From Hydrolagus affinis (Eukaryota), in the NCBI GenBank assembly GCA_012026655.1, contig JAAILG010000012.1, positions 62,001-126,000 of the forward strand: a stretch of 64,000 nt of DNA. Direction: 5' to 3'. The notes beneath the pieces are model-generated. The model was not told the origin of the DNA. It was given only the letters and a program-made list of their open reading frames with translations, and made no database searches. Shown piece by piece: positions 9,561 to 22,727 of this stretch (positions are counted from its first letter, which is position 1; each line of letters begins with the position of its first letter). The translations under genes and the position numbers were made by a program.

Positions 9561-12500
9561 TCTATAATTACATTCCCCCTAATGTATATAGAGTCGTTGG
9601 CACAATTTATTGGTGTCCTTTCCCATTTTGCCTGGATTATTGCTGTCCAAAAGCCATATTGTACAATGTTGACATTGGCAGTTTCCAATTATATCGTGTT
9701 AGTGTCTATACCGAGTGTCATTTCCATCAATGTCACCATCCATTCCCCGGGGTGTTGCTGCCCTGAAGTTTCTTTATGAATACAATGTTCTAAATCCAGA
9801 GTTATATCTAAACCATTTCAACACATTCTGCTCAGTGATGTTTGGGATTCCTGTTTAGGAGACTCACACAGCTTACCTCTCCATATCACTCGACAGTGGC
9901 CTGTCAAAACATGGCAAACGGGGAGCAATGATGGCAAATTATGGGGAATAGTTAACAAAATGTGCGCAAGACTATTGGGTATGTTTTATTGAGATCCATG
10001 GCATTGTGTTTCCAATACTTTATGATGAAAAGTGAGCTCATTCTGCATTTCTATATTCAAAACATACTTCATCCATACCCAAGATACTATTTGTCTTGGT
10101 GAGAATGCTTACAGGCAAGATGTATGACATGTCTGGCAGTGCCTGTACCTAGCATATTAGCATTGTACTCACTGCCGCCTTCATAGCAGATTCCCTCCCT
10201 GGACAACTTGTCAATCTTGTCACTATTAATCATCTCAGCTTGATGTCCTTGCAGAACTCCAATTTAATTTTGCTCTCTCTCCTAAAACAAAAACTCAGTA
10301 GATTTGTTTTCCATTGGAATAAAACTCAACTGATTTGGCAATCTACCCCAGTGTCCTGCATGGCTTGTTTGTTGCTACCTCACACTGTTTTGACACAGCG
10401 AGCGACAAATCTGTTAATACCCTAGACCTCTTTCAGCTTCCCGCTTGGGTACTTTGATCCATCCATCCATAGGGTAGATGCATTTCCTATTCTTACTTCC
10501 CCTATGCGTACACATTTATTGTGCTACATTTGCCGGCAACATATACGTCTCTATCAAGCTCCCTCAGGGGCGATAACTTGCCGTCTCCTCTAAAAGTTAG
10601 GACAACCCCTTGGAAAGTTGCTTTCACCTCCCCGCTAAATTCTCACAAAGTTAATTAGTGCGACAGTGGAGGTCAGTCAGTTGCCCATCATAATCAGACT
10701 TGGCAAAGACTCTGCTAGACTTTGTCATTGTACATTCCCTGCCTGCCAGCTACTTGCAGCCAACTCTCACCATTAAAGAGACAATGTAAAATATGAGTCG
10801 AGGAACAAGGTGGTAACATTTCCAGCTGGGGGGGAGAATTCCTGTACATCTTTAACAAGTAAACGTTTGAGATTCTAAAAAGCATCTTGTGTGCATTAAT
10901 AACATTAAGCCCTTCTGTTTTATTGGCAGTTTGTTTTGGTCCACAGTTTAACTGAATTGTGACACTGGTCAATCATTTTTTATCTGTACCGTTTGTGTCA
11001 ATTAGTGATGCAGTTATAGGGGGAGTTACAAAGAGGGAAGCGATGTAACTTTGACGATAAAATGCGAAGGTGAACTTTTTTGTCATTGGATTTTAATAAG
11101 GGATCCATTAGCTGTCAGAATTTTTAAAGCTCGCTGTTAGTTCAGGGATTTGCTTTCATGATTTGAATGAATAATTATGATGGGAAAACGATTGCAGATT
11201 TCTTTCGGAATCCAGCCCCAGGTTGCCATATCGTTCATCTCAAAGGAGTCTAATAAAGCTTAGTTCTACCTCTGTTAACACACTATGCCAAAAAGCAAGA
11301 AGCTCTATAAACCAGTGGCTTCACATCATAGATTTGAAAACTGTAAATGTGACCAGCACTGTATGAATTTGGCAATCTCTTGTCACTTTCAAACTTTGTA
11401 AAACACAAGTTTGCACACACAGCAAAAACACTTAAAAGCTCATATACATAAGCAATTCTCAATAGGGTATGCACATCATTGGATAACTAATTTCACATTT
11501 GAAATGGCAATAAAATCTGGTACAGCACTAATTTTTTTATCGACAATCACTCATTCATTGCACTCCCTTCCTTGACTTTCTTATAAACTTACTCCCTTCG
11601 GGATAACTTTGCTGGGGGTTTTTTGGTATCAGTAGCTGCAATAGTGCACTTATAGTGCATCCCTGCTATGCACATCTGTTGTGTGGCTCGAGCTGGTTAA
11701 GGGGAACTTTTGCTGCAGTTTTACTTCTTTTTACTAAAATATTAAGTACTTTTTCCATTGAACATTTGGGAGAAACTGTGCTGTTCAGCAGTTAATCATG
11801 ATTAGGCTGACTTTTAACACATAGCAAATTCCTGAGACACAGAAGATTCCTCAATCACATTCACAACACAAAGAGCTAGACACAAATTTATAAATCCTGG
11901 ACAATTAAAACCGCTTGATAAGAATCACCAAGGACGGTGTGCAATGCTACTTTGCCATAGTAAAAAAAAATTAAGCGTTCATCTTATTTGCGGCAATGAA
12001 ATACTTTGAACAATACAGACAAATACACTAAGCTGCACTGAAAATGTGACTCTGACAGCCGTGAACTCTAGTCATAACTGTTCAATTCAGATGCTTCAGT
12101 CAGTCAGGACTCATCTCTCGTCAAGGTCTGTGTTTGAGAGATATGTTTATTCCTGATTAGCTGCAGTAGTTTTTTTTCGCCTAGGAAGCCAATTTTGGTG
12201 TATTTTTTTTAAAAAAAACACATGAGTTTGCTCAATGTTCCCGTGAGAGTAAGTTCTTGCAGTGACAGAGTTAGTAGAACAAATAGTTTCCTTTGCCATA
12301 AGTAGGTTACTAATAAAAAGTAAAGCCTCAAACACAGTAAAGACCAGAAACTAAGCCAAAAGCTTCATATCTGCACAAATATTCTCTGTGGTACTTAATC
12401 TAGATTTGAACACGCAAAGGTATTAGATGTGTTCAAAGAGGGCAGCACCCTCAGCACACTGCATATATAAAAAAACTTTTCATTTGATAAATAGCACCAA

Positions 12501-12767
12501 CACCCAAAGCAAACATTGTTTTTTCTATCAAAGAATGAATGTGGGGTATGGTATACATTGAGGTGACTGTTAGTATCTCTGATGGACAATTTAACAGGCA
12601 AAATAATCCAAGGTATTTTTCAAATTTACCAAGAAGTTTTTAGCTCCAGTCATGCAAAAGAAGTGGGATGATAAACAGACAGGTGCAGTATCCTCTCTGA
12701 AACTGGGAGACACCCAAACTGCAAAATGCGATTGATAAATTTCTTGTAGATTTCTTATGGAGAGAGA

Positions 12768-12896
12768 GATCAAGGGATATGGGGATAAGGTGGGCAGTTG
12801 GAGTTAGATTAGAAGATCAGCCATGATCTTATTGAATGGCGGGGCAGGCTCGAGTGGCTGAATGGTCTACTCCTGCTCCTTATTCCTATGTTCCTA
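12768..12896 (+). mobile_element. CR1-type LINE 3' end
   Basis: AAGGGATATGGGG..GATCAGCCATGATCTTATTGAATGGCGGGGCAGGCTCGAG..CTACTCCTGCTCC..TTCCTATGTTCCTA. Confidence 0.85.
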
Positions 12897-13679
12897 AAAT
12901 GATCAAATCAACAACAACAACATGTGCATTTATATAGCATCCCTCAAACAGGGATTGACAGTGACACAAAATGACCCTCTTGATTTCAACTCCCAGTTCA
13001 GGTGCAAACCTATAACTGCCCAGAGCCTTGGGTTGTGGTTCTGACATGAAAGGTGCTGTATAAAGGTAACTTTATTGTCGATGATGTCTTAGCACAGTTA
13101 CATCGACAATAATTGTCTCAGATACCAAATGTATAAGTCATTTAAAATCCTAATTAGAGGCTGAAGAGTTGGATTAAAGAGAGACAGAGAGATGGAAGTG
13201 AATTCCCTCTGCCTTTAGCTTCAGTGAAATCTGAAAGAATTCTTTAGCATAGAGAGAGAGCGGTGCTGTATCTGTTCATCAATTGATGCTGAACCCAGGG
13301 AGAAGTGTATATTTTAAAAACTGAACTTATCCATTATTCAGCGTTGAGTGCGATGCTATCAGAACCCCTTTTGCGATCCTTTAGAACCGCGACTCTTAAC
13401 AAATGAATTTAATGAGAACAATATTGCCTCACAGAAAAGAAGCTTCACTCGCTCTACAAGTTGTTTCATTGCAGAACATGACTCATTAGGTCATTTGGCA
13501 AACTTAACCATGTTTTTTTGTTTTGTGAATGATTAAACTAAGCAATACATATCTTTTACAGAATTATAGTATTCAACGGTCGACCAGCGAGGGAACTAAA
13601 CTGAAGTAGATCCTGAAAGAAAACAAGCGCTAAAGCAACCGGGTAAAATTATTTTCAAAACAAAATACAGTAATAATGA

Positions 13680-13785
13680 GAGGATTGATGGCAGGGACAT
13701 TGGAAGAAACTTCCTTGTTTTCTGCAGTGTCACGGGATTTTAACATCTAACGAGACAGTGAACAGGATCAGTGTAATGTGTCATT
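13680..13785 (-). mobile_element. Highly diverged DeuSINE core fragment
   Basis: CAGGGACATTGGAAGAAACTTCC..AGTGTCACGGGATTTTAACATC similar to 9300-9370. Confidence 0.5.
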
Positions 13786-13857
13786 AGCTTTTTTTTTGTT
13801 TGCATTTTAATACAACATTTGAGACTGACGAGTCTCAGTACGTTTTGGATCAAACTC

Positions 13858-14047
13858 AGCCTTCAGCCAGTCTGCCCCCAACCTCTGGAACTCCTTCCCG
13901 TGGTCCCTCCACCTCGCCCCCTCCTTAGCCTCCTTCAAGTCCCGCCTCAAGACTCTCCTCTTCGATGTTCCTATTGGCGACTCCTAATCCCCCCCTTCCC
14001 TCCCCACTGACCCCTTCCCCATACAAGTGTAATTTGTTATTGTTGTT
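13858..14047 (+). mobile_element. L2 LINE 3' fragment
   Basis: Encodes AFSQSAP-LWNS..SFKSRLKTLLF-like ORF2 C-terminus; ends in (GTT)n-like tail. Confidence 0.85.
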
Positions 14048-15035
14048 AATGTGTTTGGCTGAGTGTCCATTTCCATCTGATAGATGGGGATCTGAAAGCC
14101 CCCCAAAAATATTCTTAAGATGTGTATCAGTACTTCGCTGTTTCCCCAACAATGCGCCACAAGATTTTTTTTCTCTGGCCTTCAGTGAGACTGCTCTAGC
14201 TTGCTGCCGTACATCCATTTATCTGGCTTCAATCACGATGCAAGACACTTCCAATATTGCCCAGGGCATGCAGGATTTATTAAAAGTGACCGGGATATGC
14301 TGCAAACAGCAGAAACTCCTCCAATCATAATGTTTGTATCGGAGCAAGAATCACACTGTCAAGATTGAGTAGAATACCGATATGTAGAGGAATAAGGTAC
14401 TTTATAGATTGCGATATGATTTAGATTAAATCCATGATGTGCTCGGTAACCCATGATAGGAAAGGGAGTCACAGTTCACAGTTATCAGTTCATGTTTCCT
14501 ATGTGCGCTTTTTCACAAGGTTTGTCTATTCGGTGAAAAACTGCTGCGGAAAAAGCCGAGACTGAAGAGTAGCTGAGGGTGATTGTGTTAAACGGAAGCG
14601 TTATATCAAATGCAATAATAACAATAACTATGATTATTAATTGAGGGCCGTGGAGCTCTTTCAATATACGATAAAAAGGCTACCTTCATTGCTTTGCTAA
14701 GACAGAGGAGTTGCATAGACCTAGAATGTTGACAGTGAGACAAAGTGCATCTGGGTGTGCAAATACAGGAACCAGGAGTGAAACATATTAACTTTGTTTT
14801 CCACTTTTACGAGCTATTTACGCAGTGAGGCCAAAAGTCACCATTCTGACCACAAAGAGAAATGGTGCCAAGTACAATAAATGTGCGACTGTGATGTTGG
14901 TATGTGAGGGGCCCCTGTATTTGGTGCCAATACATTTGAAGGTGTGGACACAATAACAGTTTGGACGTTCGTGCAAAAGGGAAGTTATCCTACTTGAAGT
15001 AACATGGTAGAGTGAACAGTGGCTTCATTGAACGC

Positions 15036-15230
15036 TAATCATCCCTCGAAATAAAAATAATAAACTGGTCATTTCAATCCACGACTGTTTGTGGGACGCT
15101 GCTATGTGCAGTTGACTGCCGCGTTTCACCCACAAAATGTACAGTCAATTCATTTCACAGTGAAGCGCATTGAGATGGCTAGAAGACGTGAAAAGCTCTA
15201 TTATCAAATGCAAGGATTATTATTATTATT
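15036..15230 (+). mobile_element. 5'-truncated SINE
   Basis: TGGTCATTTCAATCCACGACTGTTTGTGGGAC body through (ATT)n. Confidence 0.9.
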
Positions 15231-15948
15231 GAGAGATTACTATATATATATATTTAGATATAATATACACATCTGCTTCCATGTGTTGGCAATTTCAAAC
15301 AGTAATTAATTATAGTTCCTCTATAGGCAGCTTCCCAGTCAGCAGGAACCCCCCTGACTGGTTCAATAAAAACATATCGTGTTCCTGAGCTCAGCCACCA
15401 AACAGTCTCTGGGAAGATAATTTTCCAGGTCTCTCTTGTATGTCGGGAGAATGGATGCGGTTGTAGAAGAGGTATACAATAGAGTTAATTGACACCCTTA
15501 ACTCTACTGCCCTGTAAACTGTCACAGGGCTCTGCACTGGGGAGCTCAGCAAGAGCCTAAAGCTTTTGTTGTGCAGCCAACCATTTCTTCTTGAGAAACT
15601 GATGAACCTGTCAGCCTCACGGAATGCGGCAGTGGATTCTTTTGAATGTGAGTTGACATGGTGCTCTGTCCAATATCAGCAACTCCTTAATGTCTGGGCT
15701 GATGTTATGGGTAGGAAACAGATGATTGGTGTGAGAAGAGACCACAGGGACCACAGTGGAATTCTCCAGCTGCAGTCACAGAATCAAACCTCATTGATTT
15801 TTTTTTACTAATTTCTTCATTAATCTGCATGCCGTGTGATGCTGTGGGTGCCCTCATTATAACCTCACAGACTCCCACGTGATTGTGAGTTTCATTTGAG
15901 CAATGTTTCATTTCACTTAAAGTGATAACTTGAACATATTCAGGGTTC

Positions 15949-16030
15949 AAGCGCTCTGAGACGCCGTCCGGCGTGGAGGGCGCTATATAAATTGGTGGGC
16001 GCTATATAATTCGAAGTTGTTGTTGTTGTT
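15949..16030 (+). mobile_element. L2 3' tail with internal duplication
   Basis: AGCGCTCTGAGACGCCGTCCGGCGTGGAGGGCGCTATATAA...(GTT)n; GGGCGCTATATAA occurs twice. Confidence 0.75.
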
Positions 16031-16066
16031 ATGGCACACAGTTAACTTTGGCTACTCAGATAACTC

Positions 16067-16097
<31 letters not shown>

Positions 16098-16394
16098 CCT
16101 TGCATTTGATATAGCACTTTTCACATTATCCAGACGTCCCAAAGCGCTTCACAGAATATACTGTAAAGTGAATCATCTGTATATTTTGTGGGTGAAGCGC
16201 GGCAGCCAATTGTGCACAGCAGCGTCCCACAAACAGTCGTGGATTGACTTGACCAATTTTTAAATCGTTTTTTTTGGAGGAATTATTATTAGGCGTGTGG
16301 AGTAAGAAACTTGCCCAAGGTTTTGCCCTGCCTGGGTTCGAACACAGGCCTCACGCTTGTAAGCCGAGCGCTCTAACCACTGAGCTACAGGACA
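16067..16394 (-). mobile_element. Full-length SINE with (TAA)~10 microsatellite tail
   Basis: Complete head, body and tail; pure TAA run at 16067-16097. Confidence 0.93.
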
Positions 16395-16464
16395 ACCAGC
16401 GTTCAGGAAGTGGGTGGCTGAGTGGGAGGGGGAGCATTTTCTAAACATGTAAAATAAAACTTGT

Positions 16465-16637
16465 TTGGTCATTCAATCCACGACTGTTTGTGGGATGCTG
16501 CTGTATGCAATTGGCTGCCGCATTTCACCCACCAAATAAACAGTCACTGCAATTTACAGTATATTCTGTGAAGTGCTTTGAGATGTCTCAATGATGTGAT
16601 GAGTCAATATATCAAATGTAAGGATTATTATTATTGT
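16465..16637 (+). mobile_element. 5'-truncated SINE
   Basis: Body and tail, inverted relative to the neighbouring copy. Confidence 0.9.
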
Positions 16638-16689
16638 TGGGCTGAGTGGAAATGTGCTTGGTTGCCAGTAAATTTTGGAATGTGTGGCT

Positions 16690-17230
16690 CTCTTAAATGT
16701 CAATTAACAATTGGTACCAAGCAGATATCTTTGATTAATGTTTACACATTGTAATGGCCCATTTGCTGTCTTTCATAAAGTTTCTCTAATATACACTTAA
16801 TGTAGAATTTAAAAATCATTTGTGAAGATAAATCCTCGCCCTATTGTGTCTCTGTTGGGCATATGCTTCTAAAGAAAACCTCCACAAAGCAGTCCAGAGA
16901 GGCAGATATTTTGTAGTAATTTGATGTCTGAGAGGCGATTTGTGTCTGCAATTGTAATTAGGCCCTTTATTTTAATAATTATAAAATGGGAGAGTTTCAT
17001 TTTACTGTGCAATGAAAATAAAAACTATAAAGCGCACTTTTTATGTATAGCCTCTTCAAATTGAAACACTCAACTCAAGGGGCTATTTCGTCCTAGAATT
17101 TAAGGCAACAATAAAAGTAAAAATGAATAGCTGCAGCAATTAAATTACTTCACTCATTTCGAAGGTGAATTTATTTGGATTGCTATTCATTCTCTGGAGA
17201 ATTGAATGTCTAAAGCTAGCATAATTTTGC
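16690..17230. promoter_or_regulatory. CNE-like AT-rich block
   Basis: TE-free, high complexity; many TAAT/ATTA, TGTTTAC, CTATTGT, TGTCA motifs; conservation not testable here. Confidence 0.4.
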
Positions 17231-17260
17231 CTTGTATTTCGAGAGATGTGAGCATATTTT

Positions 17261-17560
17261 GGAGTCCTGCAGCTCAGTGGTTAGAATACTCACCTTACAA
17301 GCGAGAAACCTGGGTTCAATTCCAGGCAGGGCAAGTTTCCTAACTCCACATGCCTGATAATAATCCCTCAAAAAGAAACAATAATAAAATTGGTCATTTC
17401 AATCCACAACTGTTTGTGGGGACTCTGCTGTGCGCAGTTGGTTGCCATATTTTGCCCACAAATATACAGTCAATTCACTTTACAGTGTATTCTGTGAAAC
17501 GCTTTGAGACGTCTAGAAGATGTGGAAAGCGCTATATCAAATGCAAAGATTTTTATTATT
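17261..17560 (+). mobile_element. Full-length SINE, subfamily B
   Basis: GGAGTCCTGCAGCTCAGTGGTTAGA...CTGGGTTCAATTCCAGGCAGGGC; short deletion after the head. Confidence 0.93.
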
Positions 17561-18499
17561 TTCAAATTCTAACATTATCATTATTTAATACAGTTGTCAG
17601 TATATATATATCAACAGTGGAATTATTATTACTTGAGGCAACATTTTTATTCCCTTCATATATTAAAAGAATAGCAATTGTGCTTTTGTGTTCAGATAGC
17701 TGTGTAGGTCACTATAAAGCGAGGGTATGCAATGAAACTTTTATTATCCACCAATCTCAGTATTCCACTGGAGTGATGGAGTTATGGAGAACAATTCAGG
17801 TTATTACAGGAAATGGCCACGTTAAGATATTGGCAGGATTGTAAAAGAAAAGAAAAAGCAAGTTCCTGTATAACCATCGAGAGAATGAAATTGCAGGGCA
17901 CTGCGTTGGTGGACTGTGCCATCTTGAATCTCTTTGCGAGAGATGGGAGATCTACTATTTGCGCATTCCTTTTCCTTTTAACCTGCACGTAGAAGATACA
18001 TAATCTTTAGTGTGCCTTAACTCTTATCTGGCAATAAAAAAATTTGGAAGTGAGTTCATTTGTCTGTGAATCTCACTTGTCAGAGATGGGGAGATGGCTC
18101 TGTGTTATCAACTAAAGTTCTGAATAGTTTGAAAGAAATAGCTCGCAAACAGTGATGGAGCTATGCCAGAATTTCATAGCAAACTAAATCAATGGAACAA
18201 AACGCCAGCGGTGAACACAATAAAGAGCAATAGATATAGTGAGCAGTTTTCTCAGACATGGTAGCAAAGGCCAGTTTTCAGGACGGACACCAGGATATAT
18301 ATTTTTTTTACCCAGAGGACTGATTTTGGCAGTTATTTCCTCTCACTTAAGGCAGTTTGTTTATTACTGAACACTGCATGGATCCAGGAGAAGTTGTGTG
18401 AGTTTCGCAGGGTGACACGTCAGTGCAGGCAGGAGAATATAACTTCATAGGCTTGCAGTTCTGCAGTTTAACCGCTCAGCCGTCTCACACCGCTTTTAA

Positions 18500-18790
18500 A
18501 TGTGTTTGCATTTGACATAACGTTTTTCATATCTAATGCCTTAAAGGATTGACAGGATTTTACTGTAAAGTGTGGTGACTGTGAATTTTGTAGATGAACT
18601 AGGCAAACAGTTTGTGACAGCAATGTTTCGCATGTTGTATATCAAGTGAGTGACCAATTTTATTGGAGTGGGGGTGTGGAGGGTGGGGAAGTGGTGGTGG
18701 GGTTGAGGGAATTGTTCGTCAGGATAGTGGACAAAACTCCTTTCTCTTTTTGTCTAGTGCCACAGGACATTGAATGCAAAACTTAATGGA
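18500..18790 (-). mobile_element. Old diverged DeuSINE
   Basis: Degenerate tail TTGCATTTGACAT..TACTGTAAAGTG and core GAGGGAATTGTT..CAGGA..AAAACTCC..TAGTGCCACAGGA. Confidence 0.6.
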
Positions 18791-19393
18791 TAGACTGGAG
18801 GTTAACAAGTGTAAGATTTGTTGGAGTCTATTTTGTTTGTCCAAGATACTGGACTGCCTTTCATAATCTGTATCTCACGCTGTGTATATGAATAATCATA
18901 CTGTGTTTTCTGTGGTTCTATTCGTGTGGTTTGTGCAGGTATAAAGAATCTGTTTGATATGGTGAATGTGATTACATTTTAGCAAAGGATTTTTTTGTGT
19001 TCTTTATTAATATGCCCCGTTAGCAGCAAACATCACAAAGTCAAGTTTGATCGTCAATTATAATTATAATTTGTGTCAAATTTAAACAAAATAAAACAAT
19101 TCAAATGTCGTGTTTGGGAAATCGAACTTCAGTACTATTTACTGCATAACTAATTGGATTAAACACGATAAGACTTTGTTTTCAAATAGCACGTCAAGTC
19201 TTTCACGTCTGTGATATAATGCCAAAAAGCAGTTATTATACATATCTAATATACGCCTCATTTTGCTTATTGGAGAACCGAATCAGACTGACAACTGTGA
19301 ACGATGACAAATGGATCTAAAAATACTGATAAAAAGAGTGTATAATTTAATTGGGAAAACAAACGCCCATGAACATTTATCTAAGAAAGCATG

Positions 19394-19700
19394 CAGTCCT
19401 GTAGTTCAGTGGTTAGAGCACTGAGACCTGAGTTCGAATCCAGGCAGGTCAGGTCAGAGTGAAACCTTGGGCAAGTTTATTTACTCCACATGCCTAATAA
19501 TAATCCCTCCAAAAAAACACAATAATAAAATTGTTCACGACTGTTTGTGGGACACTGCTGTATGCAATTGGCTGCTGCATTTCGCCCACAAATATACAGT
19601 CAGTTCACTTTACGGTATATTCTGTGAAGCGCTTTGAGATGTCTAGAAGATGTGCAAAGTACCATAATCAAATTCAAGGATTATTATATTATTATTATTG
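19394..19700 (+). mobile_element. SINE with 19-bp target-site duplication
   Basis: Flanked by ATTTATCTAAGAAAGCATG at 19375-19393 and 19706-19724; anticodon arm deleted. Confidence 0.92.
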
Positions 19701-19719
19701 TTAATATTTATCTAAGAAA

Positions 19720-19990
19720 GCATGAAAATCAAACAGACCATTTGGCCTATCCATAGATTTCTTCCACAATCTATGCAAAACCCATTATACAATGGACACT
19801 TAGCCCAATTCCCTTAACCTCCCACATTAAACCTTCCTATCCCCAATGGCAAGAAAGCAAAATCTCCATAACATTCACTCTTCTCAATATTTCTCAGTAA
19901 TATCTAATGCATTACATAACAGCGTATTAGCTGGGAATCTGTTCGACATATCCATTATTGAGTTGGGAAAAACATCCCATTTTTTCTCAC
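19720..19990 (-). mobile_element. Diverged CR1-like 3' region
   Basis: GACCATTTGGCCTATC tail motif and CTGGGAATCTGTTCGACATATCCATTA resembling the antisense of the CR1 RV..WN.L region. Confidence 0.5.
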
Positions 19991-21095
19991 TTGAACATAT
20001 GGCTTTGCATGCTGGAGTTATACATGGTATGTGTTAAAATTCTGCAATTCCTTTCATGTTAATTATTGCCGGACAATTAAATGCCAAAATGTGGGTAAAT
20101 TCTGCTATATTGTCAGATATATTTTTGTCACATTGAAACATATTTTGTGCAGCGCCACGCCACCTTCAAGTGGGTAACACTTATCATGATAGCTTTATTC
20201 CAAATAATGTCTTCTATCAGTTCCATTACTGCACCAACAGAGGAAAGATTGTGAAGACTAAAAGAGGCAACAGTCTATTTATTGTTCACTTACAAATAAA
20301 CACAGCAATAATAATGTATCCTCTGATGTCCCAACACTGGTGGTAGCAAAACTGTTACATGATTTGTATTGAAGTTGCACCATCTCTTATGCTTCTTATT
20401 TCTTTGTTGTCTATCAAACTGCACAAGTTAAGTTGGCTGCTGAGATACAAATCACGTAACTGCAAACGCAGCCAAAGAAGGGCCATAAAGAGAAGTAGTT
20501 TAATAGTGCTGGAGGTGGGAAGAAACCATGGGTGACATGGACCAGAAGAAGAGCCAATAAATTAATTGAACTCTCCTGTCTTTCATTTAACTACGTTAAC
20601 TCTATCGAGGCATTCCTGTTAGCACCATCCAAGCCTCCCCTACATGATTAGATGGTGTCATTCTTTTCCCCACATGCTGCGTTTGAGAAATGAGGATTAC
20701 CTATCTGCAGTATCTCCCATCAGTTGAGTAGTTGCATGGATGACTTTGTGTGGTATGCATTTTAGGCTGATTTCAGCACTTTCAATAATTAAAACGTTGA
20801 ATGAATCCCGAAACTCTGTGCTGAATTTTATTTAAATCCTACTGAGGGCGGCTGTCAGAACAAGTTGTTCTTTGTACATTGTGATTCAAAACCAAAATGC
20901 TGACTCTTTTTGACCTCGTCATACGCATCTGTCATGCTGTGAGATTTACCATTGTAATTTTAATATCAAAACTCTTTAAAAGCAACACAAAACAATCAGG
21001 CAACATTTTTGCACTACCACTACTGAATAGTAGTCAGATCTGCACTGTACTCTTCAAAATAACCTAGTACTGTATTGTAATTCAAGATATATATA

Positions 21096-21207
21096 TTTTG
21101 CCCACAAATATACAGTCAATTTTCTTTGCAGTATACTCTGTGAAGCACATTGAGATGTCTAGAAGACGTGAAAAGTGCTATATCAAATGTAAGGATTATT
21201 ATTATTA
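21096..21207 (+). mobile_element. SINE 3' fragment
   Basis: TTTGCCCACAAATATACAGTCAAT through GGATTATTATTATT. Confidence 0.88.
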
Positions 21208-22458
21208 GATTTGTATTCACCTTGGCTTTCATGTGTGATTGTTACTCCCACAGAGCAGTGAAATATTCACATTATTTCCCCAATGAGGTAAGTTCATCAC
21301 AATTAATGCAGGAACCAGTGAATACACTATCTTCATTAACGACTGCGATCAGCTGGAATTTCTGATGTCTCAGCCTCTTTGCAAAGCTGGAAAACTTTCC
21401 AAATACATGTTACTATATATTAAACAACATTGAGATGGCACTCGATTCTTAATTACAAAATGACTGTTTAGTTGCTGTTCAATCAGAGTGGGGGGAGAAT
21501 ATCTTGGAGGATTAAACTCAAAGCACGAGTGAGGCTTGTAGTCCCTCAAGTCCTTCAAATAATATCTGACTAGTTATTTTCTTCCCTTCAAGTGTTCTTT
21601 GAAGTGGCATGGAATTATAAAAATAATTTTACAATAACGTCTAGAGCTTGTAATCACAAGAGAGGTACAGGTAAAGAAGTTCTTCAAAGCAATTCCTCTC
21701 TTCCTTCCAGAATACGCACCTTCTCATCTTCCCATTACAGCTTCCAGTTGTTTCTTAAATGAGTCCAATATCTTAGTTGCAAATACATCACAAGGCAGTG
21801 ATATGATTAAGAGAAAATCACACTTCTATACTGCAGCATTTTTTTCATGACATTCTTTTGATATCGCTACATTAATGAATAACATGTGTTTGAAGAAAAT
21901 AACTATCTTTTACTACTGAAAGACAAATAACTTATTTCAATTTCTGTTTGATGAACGAGTAATGACAACTGGGAGCAATCCGTTTTATGGTGAATTGATC
22001 GTTTCTAATCCCATTATAAAAATGATTGATACTGGAAGCTGTTTTCATTCTACCAAGAGATAGAAGTTCACAAAGGTAATTCAACCTAACAGCAACTAAT
22101 TCTTGTGCGATGGTGAATAGTAGAATCTGCAGAACAAATGAATACGGGATATTGATTGTATTTAAATCATTGCAAAAAAAGGTAAAATAATCAAATCTTT
22201 AAAGACTCTGAAACTCAGAAAGGATTGCAGATTTGCCAAGATAAACTGTTCAGGTTCAAAATATATTTCAATATGACAAAAATATAGCAGAGTTTATCAC
22301 ACTTTGGCATTTAACTGTCTGGCAATTAACATGAAGAGAATTGCAGTATTTTAACATATACTGTTTATAACTCCAGGACGCAAAGCTTGAGTGAGTCCAA
22401 AAATGGGATGTTTTTTTCCCTATAAAAACATGATAACTATTCACATATTTGATGGCAT

Positions 22459-22727
22459 ATAATAATAATAATAATCCTTGCAATTGACATAGCACTTTTC
22501 ATGTTGTCTAGACATCTCAAATATGGGCGAAACGCGGCAGCTAATCGTACCCAGCAGTGTCCCACAAACAGCCGTGGATGGCAGAGACCAATTCTTTTTT
22601 TATTTCTTGAGAGATTATTATCAGGTGTGTGGAGTAAGTAAACTTGCCCAAGGTTTCGCCATGTTGGAATTGATCCCAGGTCTCTTGTTTGCAAGGCAAG
22701 TGCTCTAACCACTGAGCTACAGGACTC
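22459..22727 (-). mobile_element. SINE, subfamily B, internal deletion
   Basis: Head with TGC anticodon loop; lacks ~40 bp between GCCCA and TTTGAGA. Confidence 0.9.

Noticed and set aside
13820-13837. Hammerhead ribozyme at CTGACGA
   Set aside because: Only a 7-bp hairpin TGAGACT-GACG-AGTCTCA; no stem II plus GAAA
18666-18710. G-quadruplex as a dedicated element
   Set aside because: It is the expanded low-complexity linker of an old DeuSINE
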